From NCBI RefSeq assembly GCF_963975535.1, contig NZ_CAXBHE010000005.1, forward strand, positions 25,172 through 89,171: a stretch of DNA of 64,000 nt, read 5' to 3'. Both the position numbers and the translations under genes were made by a program. This stretch comes from an uncultured Brevundimonas sp. GTDB taxonomy: Bacteria > Pseudomonadota > Alphaproteobacteria > Caulobacterales > Caulobacteraceae. The notes beneath the pieces are model-generated. The model saw only the letters and a program-made list of their open reading frames with translations, was not told the origin of the DNA and searched no databases. Positions 1 to 8,966 of the stretch are shown here, in pieces (the first letter of the stretch is position 1; each line of letters opens with the position of its first letter).

Positions 1-239
1 AGCGCGGGTTCGACTCCTTCGCCGCCGCCATGCGCACCGAATTCGCCGGGCACCCGGAGATCATGGGCACCTACAGCGGCGAGGTGCTGGACGCCCTGCC
101 GCTCGGACCCGATCACGTCGCCCTGGTGCTGCGCTGGCAGATCACGCGTGACGGCACCCGCCTGTACGGCGGCGTCTCGACCCAGGTCTGGCAACGGATC
201 GACGGCCACTGGCGCATCGTCCTGGAACACGCGGGCTGA
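1..239 (+). CDS. DUF4440 / SnoaL-like (NTF2 fold) protein, 5' truncated by the window edge
   Basis: Frame is open from the window start; C-terminal pattern STQVWQRIDGHWRIVLEH is typical of YybH/DUF4440 proteins. Confidence 0.7.
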   Translation, partial: RGFDSFAAAMRTEFAGHPEIMGTYSGEVLDALPLGPDHVALVLRWQITRDGTRLYGGVSTQVWQRIDGHWRIVLEHAG

Positions 240-243
240 AGCG

Positions 244-1116
244 CTATTTGACACCGGCGAGGAATTCGAAGATCGCGGCCCGCGCCTCGGGCTCGTCCAG
301 CATCGGGGCGTGGCCGACACCCGGCACCTGGACATAGGCCATCTTGCGCGCCGCCTTGCGCATCCGGTCGACGATCTCGGGACTGAGCAGGTCGGAGGTC
401 TCGCCGTGCACCAGCAGCACCGGACGGCCCCGGGTCAGCCGGCGGAAGAAGGGCCACAGATTGGGCACCATGGCCTTGGCCCCGGCGGCCCGGATCGGCA
501 CGGCGATATCCGGGTCATAGTCCGGCACCGGCAGGCCCTCGGTCCCCTCGCGGAAGGTGCGGCGCGCGAAGGCGGCCCAGTCGGCGTCGGTATAGTGGGG
601 CAGGGCCACGGCGTTCAGCCCCTTCACATAGTCGGCCGCCTCGGCCCAGGTCGAGATCTCGACCGGCTGGCCCATATAGGCGGCGATCCGGGCCAGGCCG
701 ACCGGCGACACCTCGGGGCCGACGTCATTGATGATGGCCGCCGCGATCGTCCGCGCCCGGATGGCGGCGATGGCCATGGTGATCAGTCCGCCCATCGAGG
801 TGCCGAGAAAGACCGCCTTGTCGATTCCGGCCTGGTCCATCAGGGCCAGGATGTCGCGCGCATAGACCTCGGGCGAATAGGTCATCGGGTCGGGGGCGCG
901 GTCCGAGCGGCCGCGGCCGCGCACATCGACGGCCAGCACGCGGCGACCGCTCTGGGCGATCAGGGGGGCGATGGTGTCGAAATCGGCGCTGTTGCGGGTC
1001 AGGCCATGAATGGCGATCACCGGCAGGCGGGCCGCGCCGTCGGCACCGCCGTAGTCACGGGCGAACAGGGTCAGTCCGTCCGGCGAGGTCCAGCGACGTT
1101 CAGCGTATTCCGCCAT
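244..1116 (-). CDS. alpha/beta fold hydrolase
   Basis: HGLTRN oxyanion motif, GTSMGG nucleophile elbow, C-terminal GVGHAP catalytic His. Confidence 0.93.
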   Translation of the reverse strand: MAEYAERRWTSPDGLTLFARDYGGADGAARLPVIAIHGLTRNSADFDTIAPLIAQSGRRVLAVDVRGRGRSDRAPDPMTYSPEVYARDILALMDQAGIDKAVFLGTSMGGLITMAIAAIRARTIAAAIINDVGPEVSPVGLARIAAYMGQPVEISTWAEAADYVKGLNAVALPHYTDADWAAFARRTFREGTEGLPVPDYDPDIAVPIRAAGAKAMVPNLWPFFRRLTRGRPVLLVHGETSDLLSPEIVDRMRKAARKMAYVQVPGVGHAPMLDEPEARAAIFEFLAGVK

Positions 1117-1172
1117 GACAAATTCTCCGGATCGGGAGGGCCCAGCCTATTTCATTGTCACGGGAATTGCGA

Positions 1173-1721
1173 TCAACCGCCCAGAAGATCATGGACGAAT
1201 TCGTCGAGGTCGACGCCCTCGAACAGGAAACCGGGCAGGCCGGCGCGCCGGGCCGCCTCGAGATCGGTCGGCCGGTCGCCGATCAGGAACGACCGGGCCG
1301 GGTCGATGCCGTGGTCGGCGATGGCCCGGGTGATCATGCCGGGGTTCGGCTTGCGGTCGGGATGATCGGCATGGAAATAGCGTTCATCACGCGCTTCCTT
1401 GTGAAAGGGGCAGGCATAGACCGCCCCGATCCGGGCTCCCTTGGCCGCCAGGCGTCGCACAATCAGATCGTTGAAGGCGTGCATCTGCGCCTCGCTGAAC
1501 AGGCCGCGCGCCACACCCGACTGATTGGTCACCACGATCACCAGATAGCCGAGGGCATTCAGCCGGCGCACCGCCCCGTCGGCCCCGGGGATCAGGGTCA
1601 GATGGGATTCGAGATGCGGATAGCCGGTATCCTCGATCAACACGCCGTCGCGGTCGAGAAACACGGCAGGCACGCCGCCGCCCGCTGTCTGGCCGGTTGC
1701 GCTGGTCGTTCTGGTCGTCAC
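1173..1721 (-). CDS. gmhB: HAD-IIIA family phosphatase, D-glycero-D-manno-heptose-1,7-bisphosphate phosphatase-like
   Basis: FLDRDGVL, VTNQSGVARG, RKPNPGM, IGDRPTD motifs; GTG start. Confidence 0.88.
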   Translation of the reverse strand: MTTRTTSATGQTAGGGVPAVFLDRDGVLIEDTGYPHLESHLTLIPGADGAVRRLNALGYLVIVVTNQSGVARGLFSEAQMHAFNDLIVRRLAAKGARIGAVYACPFHKEARDERYFHADHPDRKPNPGMITRAIADHGIDPARSFLIGDRPTDLEAARRAGLPGFLFEGVDLDEFVHDLLGG

Positions 1722-1909
1722 TAATGCACTCCACCCTGCCCCGGTCGCTTAGGACACCGCGTGGTCGCGTTGCAACCCGCAACGTGAAGTGACCCTGTGG
1801 CATTTGTCTGCGGTGGGGACGGTTTGGTAGGAGGCGCCAGCCTTGGCCCTCCCGCTCCGTGGCGCTTCAAGCCGCAACACGCCGACGCCTGATGAGAGAA
1901 TCGCCAGTC

Positions 1910-3070
1910 ATGACCATCGCCTTCATCGACCTCCAGGCCCAGCGCCTTCGCCTCGACGGCCGGATCGAGGCCGCCGTCCAGGCCGCCGTCGTCGGCGGTG
2001 CCTGGGTCATGGGCCCTCAGGTGCGCCAGTTCGAATCCGACCTCGCCGCCTTCGGTGGCGCGAAACACGCGCTCGGCTGCGCCAACGGCACCGACGCCCT
2101 GGCCCTGCCGCTGATGGCCTGGGGCGTGGGTCGCGGCGACGCCGTCTTCGTGCCCAGCTTCACCTTCGCCGCCACCGCCGAGGTCGTGCCCTGGTTCGAC
2201 GCCGAGCCGGTCTTCATCGACGTCGACGCCCGGACCTACAACATGGACCCCGGCCACCTCGAGGCCGCCATCGAGGCCACGCTCAGGGAAGGTCGCCTGA
2301 CCCCCAAGGTGGTGATCGCCGTCGACCTGTTCGGCCAGCCCGCCGACTATCCGGCCATCAAGGCGATCTGCGACAAGTACGGCCTGAAGCTGATCGCCGA
2401 TTCGGCCCAGGGTTTCGGCTGCACGATCGACGGGGATCATCCGCTGAAATGGGCCGACATCACCACCACCAGCTTCTTCCCGGCCAAGCCCCTGGGCTGC
2501 TACGGCGACGGCGGCGCGGTGCTGACCAATGACGACGACCTGGCCCAGCTGATCGATTCGATCCGGGTGCACGGCAAGGCCGTCGCCCGCGACCTCACGG
2601 GCCGGACCTTCGAGCACGACCCCAAATACCTGAACATGCGTATCGGCCTGAACTCGCGGCTCGACACCATCCAGGCCGCGGTCCTGATCGAGAAGCTCAA
2701 GGTGTTCGGTCAGGAGATCGAATGGCGCAACCGCATCGCCTCCCGCTACAATGTCGGCCTGCGCGCCCACGTCGCGGCCGTGCCGGACGTGCCGGCCGGC
2801 AACGTCTCGAACTGGGCCCAGTACACGATCGAACACGCCGACCGCGACGGCCTGGCCGCCCATCTGAAGGCCCAGGGCGTGCCCACCGCCGTCTACTATC
2901 CGATCCCGCTGCACCTGCAGCCGGCCTATGACATGTATCCGCGCGGCCCCCAGGGCCTGCCGGTGACCGAGCGGCTGATGACGCGGGTCATCAGCCTGCC
3001 GATGCACGCCGACCTCGACGAGGCGACCCAGGACCGGATCATCGCCGCCGTCGCCAGTTACAAGGGCTGA
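1910..3070 (+). CDS. DegT/DnrJ/EryC1/StrS PLP-dependent sugar aminotransferase (GnnB/WbpE-like)
   Basis: CANGTDAL, DSAQGFG, SFFPAKPLGCYGDGG (PLP Lys), NSRLDTIQAA; start placed at ATG 1910. Confidence 0.93.
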   Translation: MTIAFIDLQAQRLRLDGRIEAAVQAAVVGGAWVMGPQVRQFESDLAAFGGAKHALGCANGTDALALPLMAWGVGRGDAVFVPSFTFAATAEVVPWFDAEPVFIDVDARTYNMDPGHLEAAIEATLREGRLTPKVVIAVDLFGQPADYPAIKAICDKYGLKLIADSAQGFGCTIDGDHPLKWADITTTSFFPAKPLGCYGDGGAVLTNDDDLAQLIDSIRVHGKAVARDLTGRTFEHDPKYLNMRIGLNSRLDTIQAAVLIEKLKVFGQEIEWRNRIASRYNVGLRAHVAAVPDVPAGNVSNWAQYTIEHADRDGLAAHLKAQGVPTAVYYPIPLHLQPAYDMYPRGPQGLPVTERLMTRVISLPMHADLDEATQDRIIAAVASYKG

Positions 3071-3075
3071 ACCGC

Positions 3076-4011
3076 ATGACCACCTCCCTGCCCCCCCTTC
3101 GCTTCGGTGTCGCCGGTGCCGGCGTCATGGGCCGCAACCATGCCCGGGTCCTGTCGGACATCCGCGACGTCGACCTGACCGCCGTGTTCGATCCGGACGC
3201 GGCCACGGCCGAGGGGGTCGCCACCCTCTATGACGCCAGGGCCTTCACCCGGGCCGAGGATTTCGTCGCCGCCGGTCTCGACGCCGCCGTCGTCGCCACC
3301 CCGAACCGGCACCATGCCGAGCTGGGCGTGGCCCTGCTGGAAGCCGGCATCCATGTGCTGGTCGAAAAGCCGATCGCCGCCACCGTCGCCGACGCCCAGC
3401 GCATGATCGACGCCGCGAAAGCCAATGACCGGGTGCTGATGGTCGGTCAGGTCGAGCGGTTCAATCCGGCCGTCGACGCGGTCAAGCGCGCCATCGACGG
3501 TGACGACATCATCTCGATCCAGATCACGCGCGTGGGCCCCTTCCCGCCGCGCATGGGCGAGGTCGGGGTGGTCATCGACCTGGCCGTGCATGACATCGAC
3601 ATCATCCGCCACCTGACAGACTCCGAGATCACCGAGGTCCAGCCGCAACTGGCCCGCACCAAGGCCGATCGCGAGGACACGGCCCTGCTGCAGTTCCGGC
3701 TGGCCAACGGCGTCATCGCCCACATCACCACCAACTGGGTCACCCCCTACAAGGTCCGCACCCTGCAGGTCGCCACGCGCAACAAATTCGTGGTCGCCGA
3801 CCTGATCACCCGCCAGGTCACCGAATATTTCGGCCAGCAGGCCGACGGCTCCTACCAGACCCGCGCCGTCAACAGCTGGCCGGCCGAGCCGCTGAAGAAG
3901 GAGCTGGAAGCCTTCGCCCACGCCATCCGTACCGGCGAGACCCCGGCCGTGACCGGCGAGGACGGGCTGCGCAATCTGGAAGTGGCGCTGCGGTGTCTGG
4001 GCGAGGGCTGA
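3076..4011 (+). CDS. Gfo/Idh/MocA NAD-dependent oxidoreductase (GnnA/WbpB-like)
   Basis: GAGVMG Rossmann motif, VEKPIA, DLAVHDID; 5 bp downstream of the aminotransferase. Confidence 0.92.
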   Translation: MTTSLPPLRFGVAGAGVMGRNHARVLSDIRDVDLTAVFDPDAATAEGVATLYDARAFTRAEDFVAAGLDAAVVATPNRHHAELGVALLEAGIHVLVEKPIAATVADAQRMIDAAKANDRVLMVGQVERFNPAVDAVKRAIDGDDIISIQITRVGPFPPRMGEVGVVIDLAVHDIDIIRHLTDSEITEVQPQLARTKADREDTALLQFRLANGVIAHITTNWVTPYKVRTLQVATRNKFVVADLITRQVTEYFGQQADGSYQTRAVNSWPAEPLKKELEAFAHAIRTGETPAVTGEDGLRNLEVALRCLGEG

Positions 4012-4015
4012 GCCT

Positions 4016-4495
4016 CTAGCCCACCACCTGCATCCCCAGCCATTCCGCCACCAGGGCCGGCTTGTCGCTGCCGTCGATCTCGACCGTGACCTCGTGTTTC
4101 AGCAGCCAGCGCCCGCCGCCCCTGTCCTCGGCGGACAGCAGCCGGAACCGGCCGCGCACCTGCGATCCGGCCGGCACCGGGGCGAGGAAGCGGAGTTTGT
4201 CGAAGCCGTAGTTGATGCCCATGGTCACCCCTTCCAGCGGCGGCACGGCGTCATAGGTCATGGCCGACAGCAGGCTGAGGGTCAGGAAGCCGTGGGCGAT
4301 GGTGCCGCCGAACGGGCTGCTCGCCGCCGCGACCGGGTCGATATGGATGAATTGCCGGTCCTCGGTGATCCCGGCGAAGGCGTCGATCCGGGCCTGGTCG
4401 ACCAGGATCCAGCGGCTGACCCCGACCTCGGTCCCGACCAGACCGGCGAGGGCGGCGGTGGGCGTCGGCACACCCTTGCGTTCGGTGCGGCTCAT
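4016..4495 (-). CDS. MaoC family dehydratase
   Basis: DRQFIHIDP hydratase motif, TIAHGFLTLS, NYGFDKLRFLAPV. Confidence 0.92.
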   Translation of the reverse strand: MSRTERKGVPTPTAALAGLVGTEVGVSRWILVDQARIDAFAGITEDRQFIHIDPVAAASSPFGGTIAHGFLTLSLLSAMTYDAVPPLEGVTMGINYGFDKLRFLAPVPAGSQVRGRFRLLSAEDRGGGRWLLKHEVTVEIDGSDKPALVAEWLGMQVVG

Positions 4496-5502
4496 GGTGC
4501 GGCTCCCCAGGTTTCCGGCGTGTAGCGCTCTTCGATGATGGCGCTGAACAGGGCCGGGTCGACATTGCCGCCCGACAGGATGATGGCGGTGATCCGGTCC
4601 TTGACCGGCAGCTTCCCGGCCAGCAGGGCCGCCAGCGACACCGCCCCGCCCGGCTCGACCACCAGTTTCAGCACCCGGAAGGCCCAGGCGACCGCCGCCG
4701 CCACCTCGGCGTCGCTGACCGTCAGCACCCCGGTCATCCGGCGATTGATCGGAAAGGTCAGCACCCCCGGCTGCGGCGACATCAGGGCGTCGCAGATCGA
4801 CGGCCGGGTCACCGGCGGATGGCCGCGCCGCTCGCCCGCGATCAGCGAGCGTCGGGTATCGTCATAGGCCAGCGGCTCGACCCCGAACACCTGGGTGTGC
4901 GACGCGGTCGCCGCCAGGGTCAGGTTGATGCCGGCCATCAGCCCGCCGCCCGACATCCCGCACAACAGCTGGTCCAGCGGGGCCGCCCCGACCGCCTTGG
5001 CCTGGTCCAACAGCTCCAGCGCCACCGTCCCCTGCCCCTCGATGATCAGCGGATCATCGAACGGCGGCACCAGCACGCGGCCGTGCTCGGTGGCGATGGC
5101 CGCGCCGATGGCCTCGCGGCTCTCGGTATAGCGGTCATAGGTCCGCACCTCGCCACCATGGGCGATGACGCCGTCGAGCTTCACCTTCGGGCTGTCGGCC
5201 GGCATGACGATGACGGCGTGGGTCCCCAGCATCTGCGCCGCCGCCGCCACCGCCTGGGCGTGATTGCCCGAGGAATAGGCCACGACCCCGCGCGCGCGTT
5301 CCTCGGCCGTCAGCCGGCTGATGCGATTATAGGCCCCGCGGAATTTGAAGGCCCCGGTGACCTGCAGGGTCTCGGCCTTGATCAGCACCCGGCCGCCCAG
5401 CCGCGCGTTCAGCGCCGGGCTCTCGATCAGCGGCGTGCGCACCGCGACGCGGGCGATCTGACGGGCGGCGTCCTGGACGCCGGCATAGGAGGCGATACGC
5501 AT
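4492..5502 (-). CDS. PLP-dependent threonine/serine dehydratase
   Basis: LQVTGAFKFRGA (PLP Lys), SSGNHAQ, EGQGTVALE, SGGNVD; start placed at MRIAS (5502). Confidence 0.93.
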   Translation of the reverse strand: MRIASYAGVQDAARQIARVAVRTPLIESPALNARLGGRVLIKAETLQVTGAFKFRGAYNRISRLTAEERARGVVAYSSGNHAQAVAAAAQMLGTHAVIVMPADSPKVKLDGVIAHGGEVRTYDRYTESREAIGAAIATEHGRVLVPPFDDPLIIEGQGTVALELLDQAKAVGAAPLDQLLCGMSGGGLMAGINLTLAATASHTQVFGVEPLAYDDTRRSLIAGERRGHPPVTRPSICDALMSPQPGVLTFPINRRMTGVLTVSDAEVAAAVAWAFRVLKLVVEPGGAVSLAALLAGKLPVKDRITAIILSGGNVDPALFSAIIEERYTPETWGAAP

Positions 5503-5569
5503 CCGGCCACTTAACCCCAGACACCGGCTCTGCGTAAGATGGAATGCTGAACCACCGCGAAGGGAATTC

Positions 5570-7063
5570 ATGAACCGCCTGATCCTCGCCATCGACCAGG
5601 GCACGACCTCGACCCGGGCCATCGCCTTCGCCGTGTCGCCCCAGGGCGGGTTCAGCGCCGTGGCGGTCAGCCAGATCGAACTGGCCCAGCATTTCCCGCA
5701 CTCCGGCTGGGTCGAGCATGACGCGGCCGAAATCTGGCAGGCGACCCTGCAGACCTGCCGCGCGGTCATCGCCGAGGCGGGCGGAATCGACCGTTTCGCC
5801 GCCGTCGGCATCACCAACCAGCGCGAGACCGCGGTGCTGTGGGACGCCACCACCGGCGAGCCCCTGCACCGGGCCATCGTCTGGCAGGACCGGCGCACCG
5901 CCGACGTCACCGCCCGTCTGACCGCCGAGGGCCATGAGCCGAGGGTCCAGGCCGCGACCGGCCTGATCCTCGACCCCTATTTCTCGGCCACCAAATTCGC
6001 CTGGCTGCTCGACGCTGTGCCCGGGGCGCGCGACCGGGCGGCGCGCGGCGAGGTGAAACTCGGCACGATCGAGAGCTGGCTGATCTGGAAGCTGACCGGC
6101 GGCACCCGCCACGTCACCGACGCCACCAATGCCAGCCGCACCAGTCTGATGGACCTCCAGACCCGGGCCTGGCGCGACGACCTGTGCGCCCTGTTCGCCG
6201 TCCCCCGCCGGGCCCTGCCGCAGATCCTCGGCTGCAGCGATCATTTCGGCGACTGCGACCCGGCCCTGCTGGGCGCGGCCCTGCCGATCCACGGCGCGGC
6301 CGGGGACCAGCAGGCGGCCCTGGTGGGCCACGGGGCGATGCGCCCGGGCGACGCCAAGATCACCTATGGCACCGGGGCCTTCCTCGTCGCCAATGTCGGG
6401 GCCGCGCCGGTGCTCTCGACCCGGCGGCTGCTGGGCACGCTCGGCTATCAGATCGGCGACACCGTCGCCTGGGCGCTGGAGGGTTCGATCTTCTCGGCCG
6501 GGTCGGCGATCCAGTGGCTGCGCGACGGGGTCGGACTGCTCGCGGACTCCGCCGGGTCCGAGGCCATGGCCCGGTCCCTGGCCGACAACGGCGGCGTCTA
6601 TCTGGTGCCCGGCTTCACCGGCCTGGGCGCGCCCTGGTGGCAGCCCGACGCCCGCGGCACCGTCACGGGCCTGACCCGCGACTCCGGCCCGGCCCATTTC
6701 GTCCGGGCGGCGCTGGAGGCCCTGGCCTACCAGACCCGCGACCTGCTGGACGCCCTCGTCGCCGACGGGGCCCCGCCGCTGGCCGTATTGCGGGTCGACG
6801 GCGGCGTCACCGCCAACGGCTTCGCCATGCAGTTCGTGGCCGACATCTGCGACGTCACCGTCGAACGCCCGGCCTTCCAGGAGATGACGGCCCTGGGCGC
6901 GGCCCGGCTGGCGGCGCTCGGCATCGGCCTGATCGACGACCTGAGCCCCTCGGCGACCGACGCCCCGACCGTCTGGACCCCGCGCATGGACCCGGACGAG
7001 CGGGCGCGGCTGATCAAGGGCTGGCAAAGCGCGGTCCGGGCCGCCATCATCGCCGCACAATGA
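5570..7063 (+). CDS. glpK: glycerol kinase
   Basis: AIDQGTTSTR, GWVEHD, ITNQRET, WQDRRT, GDQQAAL, KITYGTG, LRVDGG. Confidence 0.95.
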   Translation: MNRLILAIDQGTTSTRAIAFAVSPQGGFSAVAVSQIELAQHFPHSGWVEHDAAEIWQATLQTCRAVIAEAGGIDRFAAVGITNQRETAVLWDATTGEPLHRAIVWQDRRTADVTARLTAEGHEPRVQAATGLILDPYFSATKFAWLLDAVPGARDRAARGEVKLGTIESWLIWKLTGGTRHVTDATNASRTSLMDLQTRAWRDDLCALFAVPRRALPQILGCSDHFGDCDPALLGAALPIHGAAGDQQAALVGHGAMRPGDAKITYGTGAFLVANVGAAPVLSTRRLLGTLGYQIGDTVAWALEGSIFSAGSAIQWLRDGVGLLADSAGSEAMARSLADNGGVYLVPGFTGLGAPWWQPDARGTVTGLTRDSGPAHFVRAALEALAYQTRDLLDALVADGAPPLAVLRVDGGVTANGFAMQFVADICDVTVERPAFQEMTALGAARLAALGIGLIDDLSPSATDAPTVWTPRMDPDERARLIKGWQSAVRAAIIAAQ

Positions 7064-8139
7064 CCGATACCGACCTGACCGACGCCCAGACCGCCTTTTC
7101 CGGCACCCGCGCGGTGGATCCGCGCCATGCCCTCGACGAGGCCGCCCTCGGGGTCTGGCTGAGAGAGAACATCGACGGCTATGCCGGTCCCCTGACCATC
7201 CGCCAGTTCAAGGGCGGCCAGTCCAATCCGACCTATGAGCTGACCACCCCCTCGGCCACCTATGTGCTGCGGCGCAAGCCGCCCGGGGTGCTGCTGCAGT
7301 CGGCCCATGCGGTCGATCGCGAGTTCACCGTCATCTCAGCCCTGCACAGGCACGGCTATCCGGTGGCCCGGCCCCACGCCCTGTGTACCGACGACGCGGT
7401 GATCGGCTCGATGTTCTATGTGATGGACAAGGTCGAGGGCCGGGTGTTCTGGGACCTGAAGCTGCCGGGCCTGCAACCGGCCGAACGCCGCGCCATCTAT
7501 GAGGCCCAGACCGACACCCTGGCCGCCCTGCACCGCTTTGACCCGGCCGCCATCGGCCTGGGCAACTACGGCAAGCCGGGCAACTATTTCATGCGCCAGG
7601 TCGGGCGCTGGACCAAACAGTACCGGGCCTCCGAGACCGAACCCAACCCGGCCATGGACCGGCTGATCGCCTTCCTGCCCGACAGCCTGCCCGCCGACGG
7701 CCCGACCCGCATCGTCCACGGCGACTTCCGTCTCGACAACCTGATCCTCGACCCGAAGAAGGCCGAGGTCCGGGCGGTGCTGGACTGGGAGCTGTCGACG
7801 CTCGGCGACCCGATGGCCGACTTCTCCTATCTGCTGATCGGCTGGGTCATCCCCGCCACCCTGCGCAACGGTCTGGGCGGGGCCGATCTGGAGGCGCTCG
7901 GCATTCCCTCGATCGACGAGACGGTCGACCGCTATGCCGCCGCCGCCGGGGTCGCGGGTCCGAAGAATCTGGACTGGCTGTTCGCCTACAATCTGTTCCG
8001 GCTGGCGGCCATCTGCCAGGGCATCGCCGGGCGGGTGCGCGACGGCACCGCCGCCAGCAGCCATGCCCGCACCATGGCGGCCCAGGTCCAGCCGCTGGCC
8101 GACGCGGCCTGGAGCTTTGCGAAAAAGGCCGGCGCCTGA
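7060..8139 (+). CDS. APH/choline-kinase-like phosphotransferase (ACAD10/11 N-terminal type)
   Basis: FKGGQSNPTY, HAVDRE, VHGDFRLDN, VLDWELSTLGDP; ATGA overlap with the glpK stop. Confidence 0.92.
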   Translation: MTDTDLTDAQTAFSGTRAVDPRHALDEAALGVWLRENIDGYAGPLTIRQFKGGQSNPTYELTTPSATYVLRRKPPGVLLQSAHAVDREFTVISALHRHGYPVARPHALCTDDAVIGSMFYVMDKVEGRVFWDLKLPGLQPAERRAIYEAQTDTLAALHRFDPAAIGLGNYGKPGNYFMRQVGRWTKQYRASETEPNPAMDRLIAFLPDSLPADGPTRIVHGDFRLDNLILDPKKAEVRAVLDWELSTLGDPMADFSYLLIGWVIPATLRNGLGGADLEALGIPSIDETVDRYAAAAGVAGPKNLDWLFAYNLFRLAAICQGIAGRVRDGTAASSHARTMAAQVQPLADAAWSFAKKAGA

Positions 8140-8151
8140 ATCCGGCCGTGG

Positions 8152-8949
8152 CTAGCGCTGCGCCGCCGTCAGGATGCGACGGTCCGCCCGCGCCTGCAGC
8201 AGGACCACCACCGCATCGCCGTCGTCCGACACCGGCGGCAGGGCGAACAGGGCCGAGCGCCCGGTCCAGTCACCCAGACGGGTCACGCCGCGCACGACAT
8301 TGAGCTGACGCACGGTCCGGCCGCGGTTGTCGCCGCGATCGACCTGCACGCTCTGCAGGCCGGGTGTATAGGTCACCGCCACCACCTCGGCCCCGCCCTC
8401 GGGCGGGCGGCCCGAGCCGATTCCGACCCGGCCGCCGGTGGCGCGGAATTCGATTTCGGGCGGGAAGTCGCGGCGGACCGATTCCTCGTCGATGGCGGTC
8501 TGCAACTCCGGCGAACGGGCCCCCGACACCTGGCGATGGCCGTCGATCACCACCTGGGGCGTCGACACCGACCGCAGGCGCAGGGCCTGGCGATAGGCAT
8601 GCTGGCGCGCGGCGAACTCCGGCCGCGCGAAGGTGTCGGCCCAGCCCAGATAGTCCCAGTAGTCGACGCCATAGGTCAGCACGATCACCCCCGGGGTGTC
8701 GGCCGCCTCCTCGACCATCCGGTCGGCGTCGGAACAGCCGGCGCAGCCCTGGGCCGTGAACAGCTCCAGCACCACCGGCGCGCTCCGCACCGCCCGTGAC
8801 GCCGGACGGGCGTCGGACGGCTGGGGCTCGGGCGGCAGGGTCGCCCCCGCCGCCATCAGCCCCGCGACCGCCGTCGCCACACCAAAGATCAAGCCCCTCA
8901 GGTTCATGGCCGACAGCTTAACCACCCCCGGCCCGATCCCGCCGCTCAT
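8152..8949 (-). CDS. DUF1223 thioredoxin-like secreted protein
   Basis: VLELFTAQGCAGC, VDYWDYLGWADTFA, TPQVVIDG; alternative start at 8907. Confidence 0.88.
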   Translation of the reverse strand: MSGGIGPGVVKLSAMNLRGLIFGVATAVAGLMAAGATLPPEPQPSDARPASRAVRSAPVVLELFTAQGCAGCSDADRMVEEAADTPGVIVLTYGVDYWDYLGWADTFARPEFAARQHAYRQALRLRSVSTPQVVIDGHRQVSGARSPELQTAIDEESVRRDFPPEIEFRATGGRVGIGSGRPPEGGAEVVAVTYTPGLQSVQVDRGDNRGRTVRQLNVVRGVTRLGDWTGRSALFALPPVSDDGDAVVVLLQARADRRILTAAQR

Positions 8950-8966
8950 TTTCCCGTGAGGAACCG

